The notes beneath the pieces were generated by a model. The model was given only the letters and a program-made list of their open reading frames with translations. It was not told where the DNA came from and searched no databases. Of a stretch of DNA of 64,000 bases, positions 18,472 through 27,383 are shown one piece after another. Position 1 is the first letter of the stretch. Every line of letters begins with the position of its first letter. The DNA comes from an uncultured Chloroflexia bacterium (lineage in GTDB: Bacteria > Chloroflexota > UBA6077 > JACCZL01), in assembly GCA_963765765.1 (NCBI GenBank), contig CAVXYC010000023.1, forward strand, positions 288,001 through 352,000, given 5' to 3'. The position numbers were made by a program, and so were the translations under genes.

Positions 18472-20589
18472 CTACGACGACCCGGCTCTCTCAATCGGCA
18501 GCCGCATGACCAAAAGCGCTCCGCCATCGGATGGACACTGCGCCGTGAGGGTGCCGCCGTGGCGATTGATGATCTCTCGCGAGATATAGAGACCCAGCCC
18601 AAGGCCATTGAGGTGATCGGCCGTCCCGGACTGATGAAACGGGTGCACGAGACCTTCGAGAAGCTCCGGTTTCAAGCCGGGACCGAAGTCGCGTACACAG
18701 ATGACTGCCTCCGTACCCGCCTGGTGAACGTCGACTTCGATGGGGCGATCAGGATGGTTGTATTTCTGCGCATTGCTGAGCAGGTTCACGAGGACCTGCT
18801 CAATACGGTCTGGATCGACCATTGCCAGAAGCTCATCAGGAGCGTTGATGACCACCGAACCGCGCTCTGTCCGGTAGTCCATGGTGCTCACGATGCCCCG
18901 TGTAAGGTCCACGAGATCCACAAGCTCGAATTGAAGTGCCAGACGGCCCGACTCCAGACGGCTGACGTCGAGAATCTGATCCACCAGCGAGTTTAGTTTG
19001 ACTGCTTGACGGTCGATCACCTGGAGCGATCGATTGAGCTCGGCCGAGGTCGGCGTATCTCCGCGATTAAGCCTCCTAGTAATAAGTTGCGTAAATCCGC
19101 GTAGGCTCGTGAGGGGCGTCTTGAGCTCATGAGCGGCAGCGGAGAGAAACAGCTCACGTTGTCGAAGCGCCTCCTCAGCGGCGGTGCGGGCGCGAAGCTC
19201 CGATTCATACGCGCCGAGACGAACCAGAGCATGGCTGCACTGATTGGCAAAGGCGCTCAGAAGCGAGCGCTCCTCAGGCAGGAACGTCTGGCGATGGTAG
19301 TAATTGAAGGCCAGGAACCCGAGCACCGACTCCTCGAAGACGAGCGGCACTGCCACGGCGGCAAGAAAGCCGTTATGACGTAGACGCTCGCGAAGAGCAG
19401 GGCTGAGGTTCTGGGCCTCCGGGACGAACTCCAGGAAGATGGGGCTACGGCCCGTTACTACCAGGCCTCCGAGCGAGTCTTCGTTCGCCGGATAGTTTTG
19501 ATGGGACTCTAGAAATTCATCGGTGTAACCAACGGACCAGAGCAGTCGGAGAGACTCTGTCTCTGTCTCGTATGCCCCGATAGAACCCGCGGCGGCCCCA
19601 AAGAGCGGCACGGCGCGCTGCAGCACGACCTCAGCCACGTCATGGCGTGTCCTGGCATCACAGAGCGCCGCCGTGAGCTCCTGCAGGGACGATAATCTCA
19701 AGAGCGCGTGTTCAGCTTTGTCTCGCTCTTGTCGCTCGGACACGAGGGCCTCGAGCCTGTCGGCCTGACCCTCGTTCCGTTCGGTTGTGTCGCGCAGGAT
19801 CCCAAGCATGCGGACGGCCTTACCATCAACGCTTTGAGTTATCTGGCCTCGCAAGCGAAGCCAGTGGACTGATTGGTCCGCGTGGCAAACGCGCACCTCC
19901 TGGTCAATGTCATCACCGCCGACGGCTGCGAGCGCTAACTGCAATCGCTCCCGGTCATCAGGAAGAGTGCGTTCGATGAGATCCTGCATGCTGCACTTAA
20001 GGTCGCCAGCCTGAGCGCCGAAGAGCTCGGGTATCTCCTCAGACCAAAGGACCCTGTCCATCTTCATATCCCAATCGAAGTGCCCGATCCTCCCCACAAG
20101 ATTTGCGAGCTTGATCCGCTCTTCGGCCGAAGACAGAGCCTCTTGCAGACCCGCTTCTGCGCTTACGTCAGTGAACATGGCTAGCAGTCCGAGCGACTCA
20201 ACGCCGCCATCAAAGAGAGGCAGCAGACTCACGTCCACGGGAAGCCGCGTACCGTCATGGCGAACCAAGCAACAACGAAAGCGCCTGGCCGAAGTGCTAC
20301 TCAAATCCGACGCCATGTCCCAGAAGAGCTGTCGATCATCGCTGTGCACCAGGTCACTCATGGTGCCGGCGAGCAGGCGCTCAGCGCTCAGCCCGAGCAT
20401 GTCGGCCAACCGCGGACTCGCGAAGACGAGATCGCACATTGGCGAAAGGACGCACACACCTTCGGCAGCCGCCATGATCATCGGCTCGCAACGACCGACC
20501 AGGTCAAGTAAATCGCGGCACTCGCTGGGGCTCACCTGGTGACTGTTGTACGTGGTGGAAGTCCTCGTAGGCAGAGCAAGGCGACCCAA
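18472..20589 (-). CDS. PAS-PAS-GAF sensor histidine kinase
   Basis: AAHELKTPLT H-box, NLLSNAQKY, DFGPG, GLGLGLYI; PAS and GAF N-terminal; start uncertain. Confidence 0.9.
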   Translation of the reverse strand: MGRLALPTRTSTTYNSHQVSPSECRDLLDLVGRCEPMIMAAAEGVCVLSPMCDLVFASPRLADMLGLSAERLLAGTMSDLVHSDDRQLFWDMASDLSSTSARRFRCCLVRHDGTRLPVDVSLLPLFDGGVESLGLLAMFTDVSAEAGLQEALSSAEERIKLANLVGRIGHFDWDMKMDRVLWSEEIPELFGAQAGDLKCSMQDLIERTLPDDRERLQLALAAVGGDDIDQEVRVCHADQSVHWLRLRGQITQSVDGKAVRMLGILRDTTERNEGQADRLEALVSERQERDKAEHALLRLSSLQELTAALCDARTRHDVAEVVLQRAVPLFGAAAGSIGAYETETESLRLLWSVGYTDEFLESHQNYPANEDSLGGLVVTGRSPIFLEFVPEAQNLSPALRERLRHNGFLAAVAVPLVFEESVLGFLAFNYYHRQTFLPEERSLLSAFANQCSHALVRLGAYESELRARTAAEEALRQRELFLSAAAHELKTPLTSLRGFTQLITRRLNRGDTPTSAELNRSLQVIDRQAVKLNSLVDQILDVSRLESGRLALQFELVDLVDLTRGIVSTMDYRTERGSVVINAPDELLAMVDPDRIEQVLVNLLSNAQKYNHPDRPIEVDVHQAGTEAVICVRDFGPGLKPELLEGLVHPFHQSGTADHLNGLGLGLYISREIINRHGGTLTAQCPSDGGALLVMRLPIERAGSS

Positions 20590-20621
20590 AGCGACAGTTG
20601 CCGCCGAGGGTCCGCTAGATG

Positions 20622-20882
20622 TCAGGTGAAATGATGGTGAGGAAGGATGCGCAACGCAAGAATGAGTGAAAGAGCCAGCACGGCTCCCAGGGCAATCGAG
20701 CCTAAAGGCCCACCCAGTGCGTCGCCGAACAACGCGTGGGCCGCAACGCCGCCAAAAATCGACCCGAAAGCTCCGCCGATCAGATCATCGATTAAGCGAT
20801 ATCCGAAGAGATACTGACCGGAACACCAGCCCACGACCAATCCAAGGGCAGTCCAGATAATGAGCATGGTGGGGTCGACCAT
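20622..20882 (-). CDS. GlsB/YeaQ/YmgE family stress-response membrane protein
   Basis: Small Gly-rich hydrophobic protein (IIWTALGLVVGW...DLIGGAFGSIFGG...SIALGAVL); RBS aaggag. Confidence 0.75.
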   Translation of the reverse strand: MVDPTMLIIWTALGLVVGWCSGQYLFGYRLIDDLIGGAFGSIFGGVAAHALFGDALGGPLGSIALGAVLALSLILALRILPHHHFT

Positions 20883-20932
20883 TTGAGAAGGATCTCCTTG
20901 CTGAATCGTCCAAAGGCAAAGATCGCTAGCAA

Positions 20933-20947
20933 GCAAGATCCGTGCCA
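20933..20947 (-). promoter_or_regulatory. sigma54 (-24/-12) promoter for GlsB-like gene
   Basis: Minus strand TGGCACG-GATC-TTGC, perfect consensus. Confidence 0.75.
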
Positions 20948-20994
20948 ACTCAACGCGGGGTCAGCCAGCACACCCAAGATATTGACTCGAAATA

Positions 20995-21038
20995 GAAATA
21001 ACGGCCCTGCAACACAAAGGAGGCAAGGCCGTTATTTC
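20995..21038. terminator. Stem-loop downstream of csbD-like gene
   Basis: gaaataacggcc ... ggccgttatttc. Confidence 0.55.
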
Positions 21039-21065
21039 GCTTTTCAGAAGTAAGGAATCAGACGT

Positions 21066-21245
21066 TTATCGTCGGGCTTCTTCACTATCTTTGTTATCGA
21101 TCTCGTCACGAACGTCACCGAGCGTGTCCTTGACCTCGCCCTGTGCCTGTTTGGCTTTGCCCTTGGCCTCGTCGACCTTGTCCCCCGTCACCTTCCCTTT
21201 GATTTCTTCCGCCTTACCTGAGATCTTGTCGTCCAAGCCGGCCAT
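21066..21245 (-). CDS. CsbD family general stress protein (59 aa, below ORF-track cutoff)
   Basis: Manual translation MAGLDDKISGKAEEIKGKVTGDKVDEAKGKAKQAQGEVKDTLGDVRDEIDNKDSEEARR*; RBS aaggag. Confidence 0.9.
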   Translation of the reverse strand: MAGLDDKISGKAEEIKGKVTGDKVDEAKGKAKQAQGEVKDTLGDVRDEIDNKDSEEARR

Positions 21246-21296
21246 AATTGTTACTCCTTAACTGCCCCGGTGGGGCAGTGTCCATCGAAAGGACAA

Positions 21297-21311
21297 GCAA
21301 AAGACGTGCCG
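21297..21311 (-). promoter_or_regulatory. sigma54 promoter for csbD-like gene
   Basis: Minus strand CGGCACG-TCTT-TTGC. Confidence 0.75.
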
Positions 21312-21400
21312 GGCTGGATTTCCCTGGACGCCAGGCTCTTCGATGCGTCCATCACCTGCAGCGTGCTAGGCTCACGTAGCGCGTGCCGGAGGCGCAATTC

Positions 21401-22183
21401 ATGAACGCATTCTTCATCGTCATTGTTGTCTTCGCCGTCTTCCTTCTCCTGTCTTCAGTTCGCGTGGTTCAGGAGTATGAGCGCGGAGTCGTGTTTCGCC
21501 TCGGGCGACTAACCGGCCCCCGCGGCCCGGGACTGATTTTGCTCATTCCCGGTATCGAGCGGATGGTGAAGGTCGACCTGCGCGTCATCACACTCGATGT
21601 TCCGGCGCAAGAAGTCATTACCCGCGACAACGTGACGGTGCGTGTGAATGCTGTCGTGTACTACAAGGTCGTGGAGCCTCGGAACGCCGTGGTGCAGGTA
21701 TTCGACTTCAACCGTGCGACTTCGCTGATTTCTCAGACGACGCTCCGTAGCGTGCTTGGTCAGTCGGATCTCGACGAGCTGCTTTCAAAGCGAGACCAGG
21801 TCAACCAGGAGCTCCAACGGATTATCGATCTCTCAACGGAGTCATGGGGCGTTAAAGTCACCTCGGTTGAGGTGCGCGATATCGAGCTGCCACACGAGAT
21901 GCAACGGGCTATGGCACGGCAGGCCGAAGCCGAGCGTGAGAAGCGTGCAAAGGTCATTCACGCTCAGGGTGAGTATGACGCGGCCACCCAGCTCGCCGCC
22001 GCCGCGCACGTGATTCGCAGTCACCCGGCGGGACTGCAGCTTCGCTACTTGCAGACGATGACTGAGATCGCAACGGAAAAGAGCCAGACGATTGTCTTCC
22101 CGTTGCCCATCGACCTGCTGGAGAAGGTGCTTGCGAAGTTGAGGTCCTCAGGCGGGTCTTCGAATGGATCGAAGGCGACGTAG
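21401..22183 (+). CDS. SPFH/band 7 (stomatin/slipin) protein
   Basis: EYERGVVFRLG, QEVITRDNVTV, QTTLRSVLG, AMARQAEAERE, LQLRYLQT. Confidence 0.95.
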   Translation: MNAFFIVIVVFAVFLLLSSVRVVQEYERGVVFRLGRLTGPRGPGLILLIPGIERMVKVDLRVITLDVPAQEVITRDNVTVRVNAVVYYKVVEPRNAVVQVFDFNRATSLISQTTLRSVLGQSDLDELLSKRDQVNQELQRIIDLSTESWGVKVTSVEVRDIELPHEMQRAMARQAEAEREKRAKVIHAQGEYDAATQLAAAAHVIRSHPAGLQLRYLQTMTEIATEKSQTIVFPLPIDLLEKVLAKLRSSGGSSNGSKAT

Positions 22184-22207
22184 CCACGCGCCGTGTGACT
22201 GCCTGGT

Positions 22208-23136
22208 TCAGCTTTGGCCCGCTACCAGCAAGCTCAATAACGCCATTCGCACAAAAAGTCCATTGGCCGCTTGACGGAAGCAGGCGATGCGCGGATCGGA
22301 ATCCAGGCTGGAATCCAGCTCTGGTCCCCGCGGTAGAGGATGAAGCACTACGGCGTTCGGCCGCATACGCTCCAAAGCGGCGGCATCGATCCGATAAGTC
22401 TCGTCGGCGGCGTTGTAGCGTTGGGCCATGACCATTCGTTCGGTGTGCGCTCTGGTCAAGTACACCACGTCGACGTTAGGCGCCACGGCACTCAAGTCGA
22501 CGGTTTCGTCGAATTCGACATTGGCCGCGGTGAGCTCATCGCGCAGCTCAGCGCGAATTGCGAGCGTCGTCGGTGACACGAAATGCAGGCGAATGTTCGG
22601 GAACTTTGCCAGGATATGCGCCAGCGAGTTGACGGTGCGCTCATGTGTGAGATCGCCCACCAGCGCCACGTCCAGGTCCTCAAGTCGACCCAGCTCCTGG
22701 CGGATCGTGTAAGCATCCAGCAGCGCCTGCGTGGGGTGCTGACCTGGGCCGTCGCCCGCGTTGATCACCGGCACGCCTGAAACTTTCGCTGCTCGAGCAG
22801 CGCCCCCTCTTCGTGGTAGCGAAGCAAAATCGCGTCGTAGTCATAGCAGCTCAGGACACGGATGCGATCCTCGAGCGATTCGTCGTCACGCTCCTCCCGA
22901 TACGGCTCCAGACCACTTACGGTCCCGCCCAACAGCGTCATGGCGCTCTCGAAGGACAGCCGCGTACGCGTGCTCGCCTGATAGAAGAGGTAGAAGAGCC
23001 GCTTTCCGCTGAGCACGCGTGAGTCGCCAAGCTGGTGAATGGACCGCATGGTATCGGCCACAGGGAATAGCGTGTCCTGAAGCCATTCGGCCGAAAACTG
23101 CCGAGCGTCAAGGATGTGCATGGGTGTCACCGGCAA
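22208..23136 (-). CDS. Aspartate carbamoyltransferase-like transcarbamylase (divergent; frameshift near 22800)
   Basis: ASTRTRLSFE, INAGDGPGQHPTQALLD, GDLTHERTVNS, HPLPR, QAANG. Confidence 0.85.
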
Positions 23137-23228
23137 GAGAGCCTTCCGTGGGGGTTTGGGTCAGCGTGCGCTCGGCGGACCTTAGCATATTCTCTGGGCG
23201 GTGCAGTGCCCGTCAAATGGCTTGCTGC

Positions 23229-23244
23229 TGGTACGCGCCGTGCA
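23229..23244 (+). promoter_or_regulatory. sigma54-like promoter for LLM gene
   Basis: TGGTACG-CGCC-GTGCA (GG-N10-GC). Confidence 0.5.
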
Positions 23245-23298
23245 ATCGGGTCGTATCAAGCCGGCCCTACCGGACTATTACGAGCTTGAGAGGTCACT

Positions 23299-24315
23299 GT
23301 GGAATTTGGCTACAAGTTGTCCAGTGAAGAGCACGATCCGCCGAATCTTCTTCGACACGCGGCGAGAGCGGAGGAGGTCGGCTTCCAGTTTGCGATGATC
23401 TCAGACCACTACCACCCCTGGACAGATCAGCAGGGGCAAAGCCCGCTCATCTGGTCAGTACTCGGCGGGGTGGCGCAAGTGACCCGGCAGCTCAAAGTTG
23501 GGACCGCCGTCACCTGTCCGACGTTCCGCTACCATCCGACGATCATTGCCCAGGCCGCGGCCACGGTTGCCTGCATGATGCCCGGACGGTTCATGCTCGG
23601 CGTGGGCTCAGGCGAGAACTTGAACGAGCACATCATCGGCGAAAAGTGGCCGGAGCCGCCGATAAGGTCGGAGATGCTTCGCGAAGCGATTGAGATCATT
23701 CAGACGCTCTGGGAGGGCGGATTCAAGAGCTACTACGGAGAGTACTTCAACGTGGAAAACGCCCGGGTCTACACGCTACCTGATCAGCTTCCACCGATTC
23801 TCGTGGCGGCAAGTGGACCAACCGCGGCGAAGCTCGCAGGCGAATGCGGCGATGGGTTTATCGGGCTCGCTCCGAAGTCGGAGCTGCTTCAAGAGGCAGA
23901 TCAAGCGGCCGGCGTCACACTGCCGAAGTACGCTGAGGTTGCCGTGTGCTGGGCAGAGAGCGAACAGGCCGCGATAGAGACGGCCCACAAGTGGTGGCCA
24001 AACGCGGGCATCTCCGGGCAGCTTTCGCAAGAGCTGCCGCTCCCGCTCCACTTCGAGCAGGCGGCACAGACTGTACGGCCAGAAGATATTGCACAGTCGA
24101 TCGTCTGCGGACCTGACCCGGAGCGGATTGTCGCTCAAGCGAAGTCGTACGCGGATGCAGGGTATGACCACGTCTGGTTCCATCAGATCGGTCCGAACCA
24201 GGAGGGCTTCTTCAATTTCTTTGAGAAGGAGCTTTCGTCTGCGCTCAGCTCCTTAGGGTCGAGCTCGGCGAAAGAGCCGCCGCGGCCCCGCGCGGAAGTA
24301 GTCTCGGGGCCCTAG
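23299..24315 (+). CDS. F420-dependent LLM-class oxidoreductase (G6PDH-like family)
   Basis: GYKLSSEE, ISDHYHPW, GTAVTCPTFRYHP, GVGSGENLNEH. Confidence 0.9.
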   Translation: MEFGYKLSSEEHDPPNLLRHAARAEEVGFQFAMISDHYHPWTDQQGQSPLIWSVLGGVAQVTRQLKVGTAVTCPTFRYHPTIIAQAAATVACMMPGRFMLGVGSGENLNEHIIGEKWPEPPIRSEMLREAIEIIQTLWEGGFKSYYGEYFNVENARVYTLPDQLPPILVAASGPTAAKLAGECGDGFIGLAPKSELLQEADQAAGVTLPKYAEVAVCWAESEQAAIETAHKWWPNAGISGQLSQELPLPLHFEQAAQTVRPEDIAQSIVCGPDPERIVAQAKSYADAGYDHVWFHQIGPNQEGFFNFFEKELSSALSSLGSSSAKEPPRPRAEVVSGP

Positions 24316-24321
24316 CCACGT

Positions 24322-24360
24322 ACTTTTAGAGTGCGGCGAGGATCGCCGCACTCTAAAAGT
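24322..24360. repeat. Perfect hairpin (GAGTGCGG...CCGCACTC REP-like / bidirectional terminator)
   Basis: acttttagagtgcggcga-gga-tcgccgcactctaaaagt between convergent genes. Confidence 0.7.
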
Positions 24361-24361
24361 G

Positions 24362-24847
24362 CTAGCTTGATCCCGCGGGTGTCCGCGCTCTTCGCAGTTC
24401 GGCCGCTTCCTGGGCTATCCGTCGCTCCAGCACAGGTCCAATGCCCGGGAGCGTTCGTAGCCGTTGAGCGCGTGCCGCCCGCTCCAGATCAATCAGGTGC
24501 GTGATGCCTAACCGTTCACTGATCATCCGTGCTCGCTCCGGGCCAATGCTTGGGACGTCGAGGAGCTCCTCGGCCTCGGGGGCCAGCTCGCGCTTGAGCT
24601 GCTCGTAATAGCCCAGGTGGCCGGTCTCGAGAAACTCAGCCACCTTCTTCGCAATCGCAGTCCCTACCCCAGGAATCCCCTCTAGCACGCCGTCACGGTG
24701 AAGATCGCCAATATCGATAGCCAGGGTCTCGATGGCCCGTGCGGCTTGCGTATAGGCGCGAATGCGGAAATGATCTTCGCGCCGGATCGTGAGTAGCCGA
24801 GCGATGTCATCGAGCATCCGGCTGACTTCTTCGTTTCGTCTGGTCAT
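24362..24847 (-). CDS. Second stand-alone PolX N-terminal HhH protein
   Basis: NEEVSRMLDDIARLL..EDHFRIRAYTQAA, GIPGVGTAIAKK, DVPSIGP, TLPGIGP; no palm domain. Confidence 0.85.
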   Translation of the reverse strand: MTRRNEEVSRMLDDIARLLTIRREDHFRIRAYTQAARAIETLAIDIGDLHRDGVLEGIPGVGTAIAKKVAEFLETGHLGYYEQLKRELAPEAEELLDVPSIGPERARMISERLGITHLIDLERAARAQRLRTLPGIGPVLERRIAQEAAELRRARTPAGSS

Positions 24848-24880
24848 GGTTCGGTCCAGCGCTAAGGTCGTGTCCTGGGT

Positions 24881-24924
24881 TGCAGAGCCCGTGCCGCGGG
24901 AAATCGGCTGGCATATCCCTTGCA
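24881..24924. promoter_or_regulatory. Back-to-back divergent sigma54 promoters
   Basis: Minus CGGCACG-GGCT-CTGCA (24881-24896) and plus TGGCATA-TCCC-TTGCA (24909-24924). Confidence 0.65.
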
Positions 24925-24970
24925 CCGCCTTTTGCGGCCCGTGGCGAGATAACGAGCGATCGGACGGACA

Positions 24971-26725
24971 ATGGCTGACACGGCTGGCGACGTACTTGTT
25001 GATGTGTTGCGCGCGTGGGGGGTGGAGATCATCTTTGGTCTTCCGGGTGACGGGATCAACGGCATCATGGAGTCACTTCGGAAGCGCAAGGACGAGATCC
25101 GCTTCATTCAAGTTCGCCATGAGGAAGCCGCGGCGTTCATGGCGTGCGGCTACGCCAAGTTCACCGGTAGACTCGGCGTCTGCCTGGCGACATCCGGGCC
25201 GGGTGGCCTCCACCTGCTCAACGGCCTCTATGACGCCAAGATGGACGGCGCGCCTGTGCTGGCGATCACCGGTCACCATTATCACGATCTGATCGATACG
25301 CATTCGCAGCAAGACGTGGACCTCACCCGAGTGTTCGAGGACGTCACCGTCTACAACACCCGAGTGATGAGCAAGGCGCACGTGGAGAACGTAGCCGAGC
25401 TCGCGTGTCGAACAGCGCTGAGCTATAGAGGCGTCAGCCACATTTGCTTCCCCGCGGACCTACAAGATCAGACCGGCAGTGAGATGTCGCCGCGCGTGAA
25501 GAAGGCGCCGCATCACTCATCAAACGTGTTCGCGCATGGGGCCGGCCTACCGGATAGTGCCGATCTTCAGCGCGCTGCCGACGTGCTCAATGCGGGTAAA
25601 AAAGTGGTCATCCTGGCCGGCCAGGGAGCGATTGGCGCGCGCGCTGAGCTAGAGCAGGTGGCGGACGCGCTGGGAGCACCCATCGTTAAAGCGTTGCTGG
25701 GGAAAGCCGCGGTTCCCGACGACAGTCCATACACCACCGGAGGCATTGGGCTGCTAGGCACCCGACCGTCACAAGAAGCGATGGAAGAGTGCGATACGCT
25801 GCTGATCGTTGGCTCGTCCTTCCCCTACCTCGAGTTTTACCCCAAGGCCGGACAAGCTCGGGCGGTGCAAATCGACCTCGATCCACAGCGCATTGGTCTT
25901 CGCTATCAAGTTGAGGTCGGTCTGGTAGGCGATAGCCGAAGGACTCTGCAGGGTCTCTCACCGAGCCTCCACCGTAAGGACGAGCGCGGCTTCCTCGAGA
26001 AGGCGCAAGAAGGCATGCGTGACTGGTGGAAGCTCATGGAAGAGCAAGGAACGCAGACCAGCAAGCCGATGAAGCCTCAGGTGGTTGCCTGGGAGCTCGG
26101 CAAGCGGCTCCGCAACGATGCGATCCTCGCGGCGGATAGCGGTACCAATACCACGTGGTGGGCGCGTCACATCCCCGCTCGGGGTGAGCAGATGCACACG
26201 GTCTCGGGCACCCTGGCCAGCATGGCTTGCGGGCTCCCGTACGCCATCGCCGCCCAGGTCGCGTACCCCGAACGGCAGGTTGTGGCGTTCGTTGGCGATG
26301 GCGGCTACTCCATGCTCATGGCGGAGATGGCCACGGCGGTACGATACCGACTCCCGATCAAGGTGATCGTTGTGAAGAACAATTACCTGGGTCAGATCAA
26401 GTGGGAGCAGATGGCCTTCCTTGGTAATCCCGAGTACGAGGTGGATCTTCAGCCGATCGACTTCGTGCACGCGGCGGAAGCTTGCGGAGCGCGCGGATTG
26501 AGAATCGAGGACCCGGTGGATTGCGGCCGCGTTCTTGACGAGGCATTGGCCGCGCCGGGGCCGGTATTGGTGGAGGCGGTGGTTGACGCCAACGAGCCGC
26601 CCCTACCGCCCAAGATTACCCGTGAGCAAGCAGTGCACTTCGCCGAAGCCCTGGCCAAGGGCGGTCCCGATCGAATGGCTATCCTAAGGAACGCCATGGG
26701 AGCCAAAATTCGCGAGCTTGTGTAA
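24971..26725 (+). CDS. ThDP-dependent pyruvate oxidase/dehydrogenase (PoxB/CidC-like)
   Basis: FGLPGDGING, QVRHEEAAAF, SGPGGLHLLNGLYDAK, GDGG...NN ThDP motif. Confidence 0.9.
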   Translation: MADTAGDVLVDVLRAWGVEIIFGLPGDGINGIMESLRKRKDEIRFIQVRHEEAAAFMACGYAKFTGRLGVCLATSGPGGLHLLNGLYDAKMDGAPVLAITGHHYHDLIDTHSQQDVDLTRVFEDVTVYNTRVMSKAHVENVAELACRTALSYRGVSHICFPADLQDQTGSEMSPRVKKAPHHSSNVFAHGAGLPDSADLQRAADVLNAGKKVVILAGQGAIGARAELEQVADALGAPIVKALLGKAAVPDDSPYTTGGIGLLGTRPSQEAMEECDTLLIVGSSFPYLEFYPKAGQARAVQIDLDPQRIGLRYQVEVGLVGDSRRTLQGLSPSLHRKDERGFLEKAQEGMRDWWKLMEEQGTQTSKPMKPQVVAWELGKRLRNDAILAADSGTNTTWWARHIPARGEQMHTVSGTLASMACGLPYAIAAQVAYPERQVVAFVGDGGYSMLMAEMATAVRYRLPIKVIVVKNNYLGQIKWEQMAFLGNPEYEVDLQPIDFVHAAEACGARGLRIEDPVDCGRVLDEALAAPGPVLVEAVVDANEPPLPPKITREQAVHFAEALAKGGPDRMAILRNAMGAKIRELV

Positions 26726-26764
26726 CGACTCGCCGAGTGTCTGCTGGCCCTGCCCGCGTCGCCC

Positions 26765-26779
26765 TGGCATGAAGCCTGC
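26765..26779 (+). promoter_or_regulatory. sigma54-like promoter for CBS gene
   Basis: TGGCATG-AAGC-CTGC. Confidence 0.5.
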
Positions 26780-26881
26780 GTCGACTCAGCCCGGCGGGAC
26801 GCTTCTCGCCGATTGGCCCTATCGGCGAAACTCGTGGTTCCATTGGAGTCCAGCATCGGCTGTCAGAGGAAGGGACGAGGC

Positions 26882-27250
26882 ATGAAACTGACAGAAATCA
26901 TGACCCGAGACGTCGTAGTGATTCATCCGAATGCCACGCTGGAGGCTGCCGCCGCTCGGATGGAGCTGCTCAACGTCGGACCATTACCTGTCTGCGATGG
27001 CTATCGGTTAATGGGCATGCTGACCGACCGCGACATCACGGTCCGCGCAACCTCCATGGGGCGGGACCCCAGGACCACGAGGGTGCAAGACGTTATGTCC
27101 ACGAGCGTCGTTGCCTGCCGCGAAGATGACGATGTGAGTAAGGCAGCGAGCCTGATGGAAGAGAAGCAGGTTCGTCGACTCGTGGTCGTCAACGCCAAAA
27201 ATCACATGGTCGGCATGGTATCCCAGAGTGACCTGGGCACTGGCAGTTAG
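26882..27250 (+). CDS. CBS domain-containing protein
   Basis: EIMTRDV, VGPLPVC, GMLTDRDITVR, QVRRLVV. Confidence 0.9.
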   Translation: MKLTEIMTRDVVVIHPNATLEAAAARMELLNVGPLPVCDGYRLMGMLTDRDITVRATSMGRDPRTTRVQDVMSTSVVACREDDDVSKAASLMEEKQVRRLVVVNAKNHMVGMVSQSDLGTGS

Positions 27251-27277
27251 GCGTCTGGCATTTTGTGCGGACGCAGT

Positions 27278-27377
27278 CGTAGCACGGGCCCTTGTGGCCT
27301 GTGCCTAGGATTCCCCACCCACGATCGATTTCGGTGAAGAGGCGCCCTAGGCACAGGCCACAAGGGCCCGTGCTACG
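27278..27377. repeat. GTAG-type REPIN (GTAGCACGGGCCCTTGTGGCCTGTGCC family)
   Basis: cgtagcacgggcccttgtggcctgtgcctagg ... cctaggcacaggccacaagggcccgtgctacg. Confidence 0.85.
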
Positions 27378-27383
27378 TGAGCT

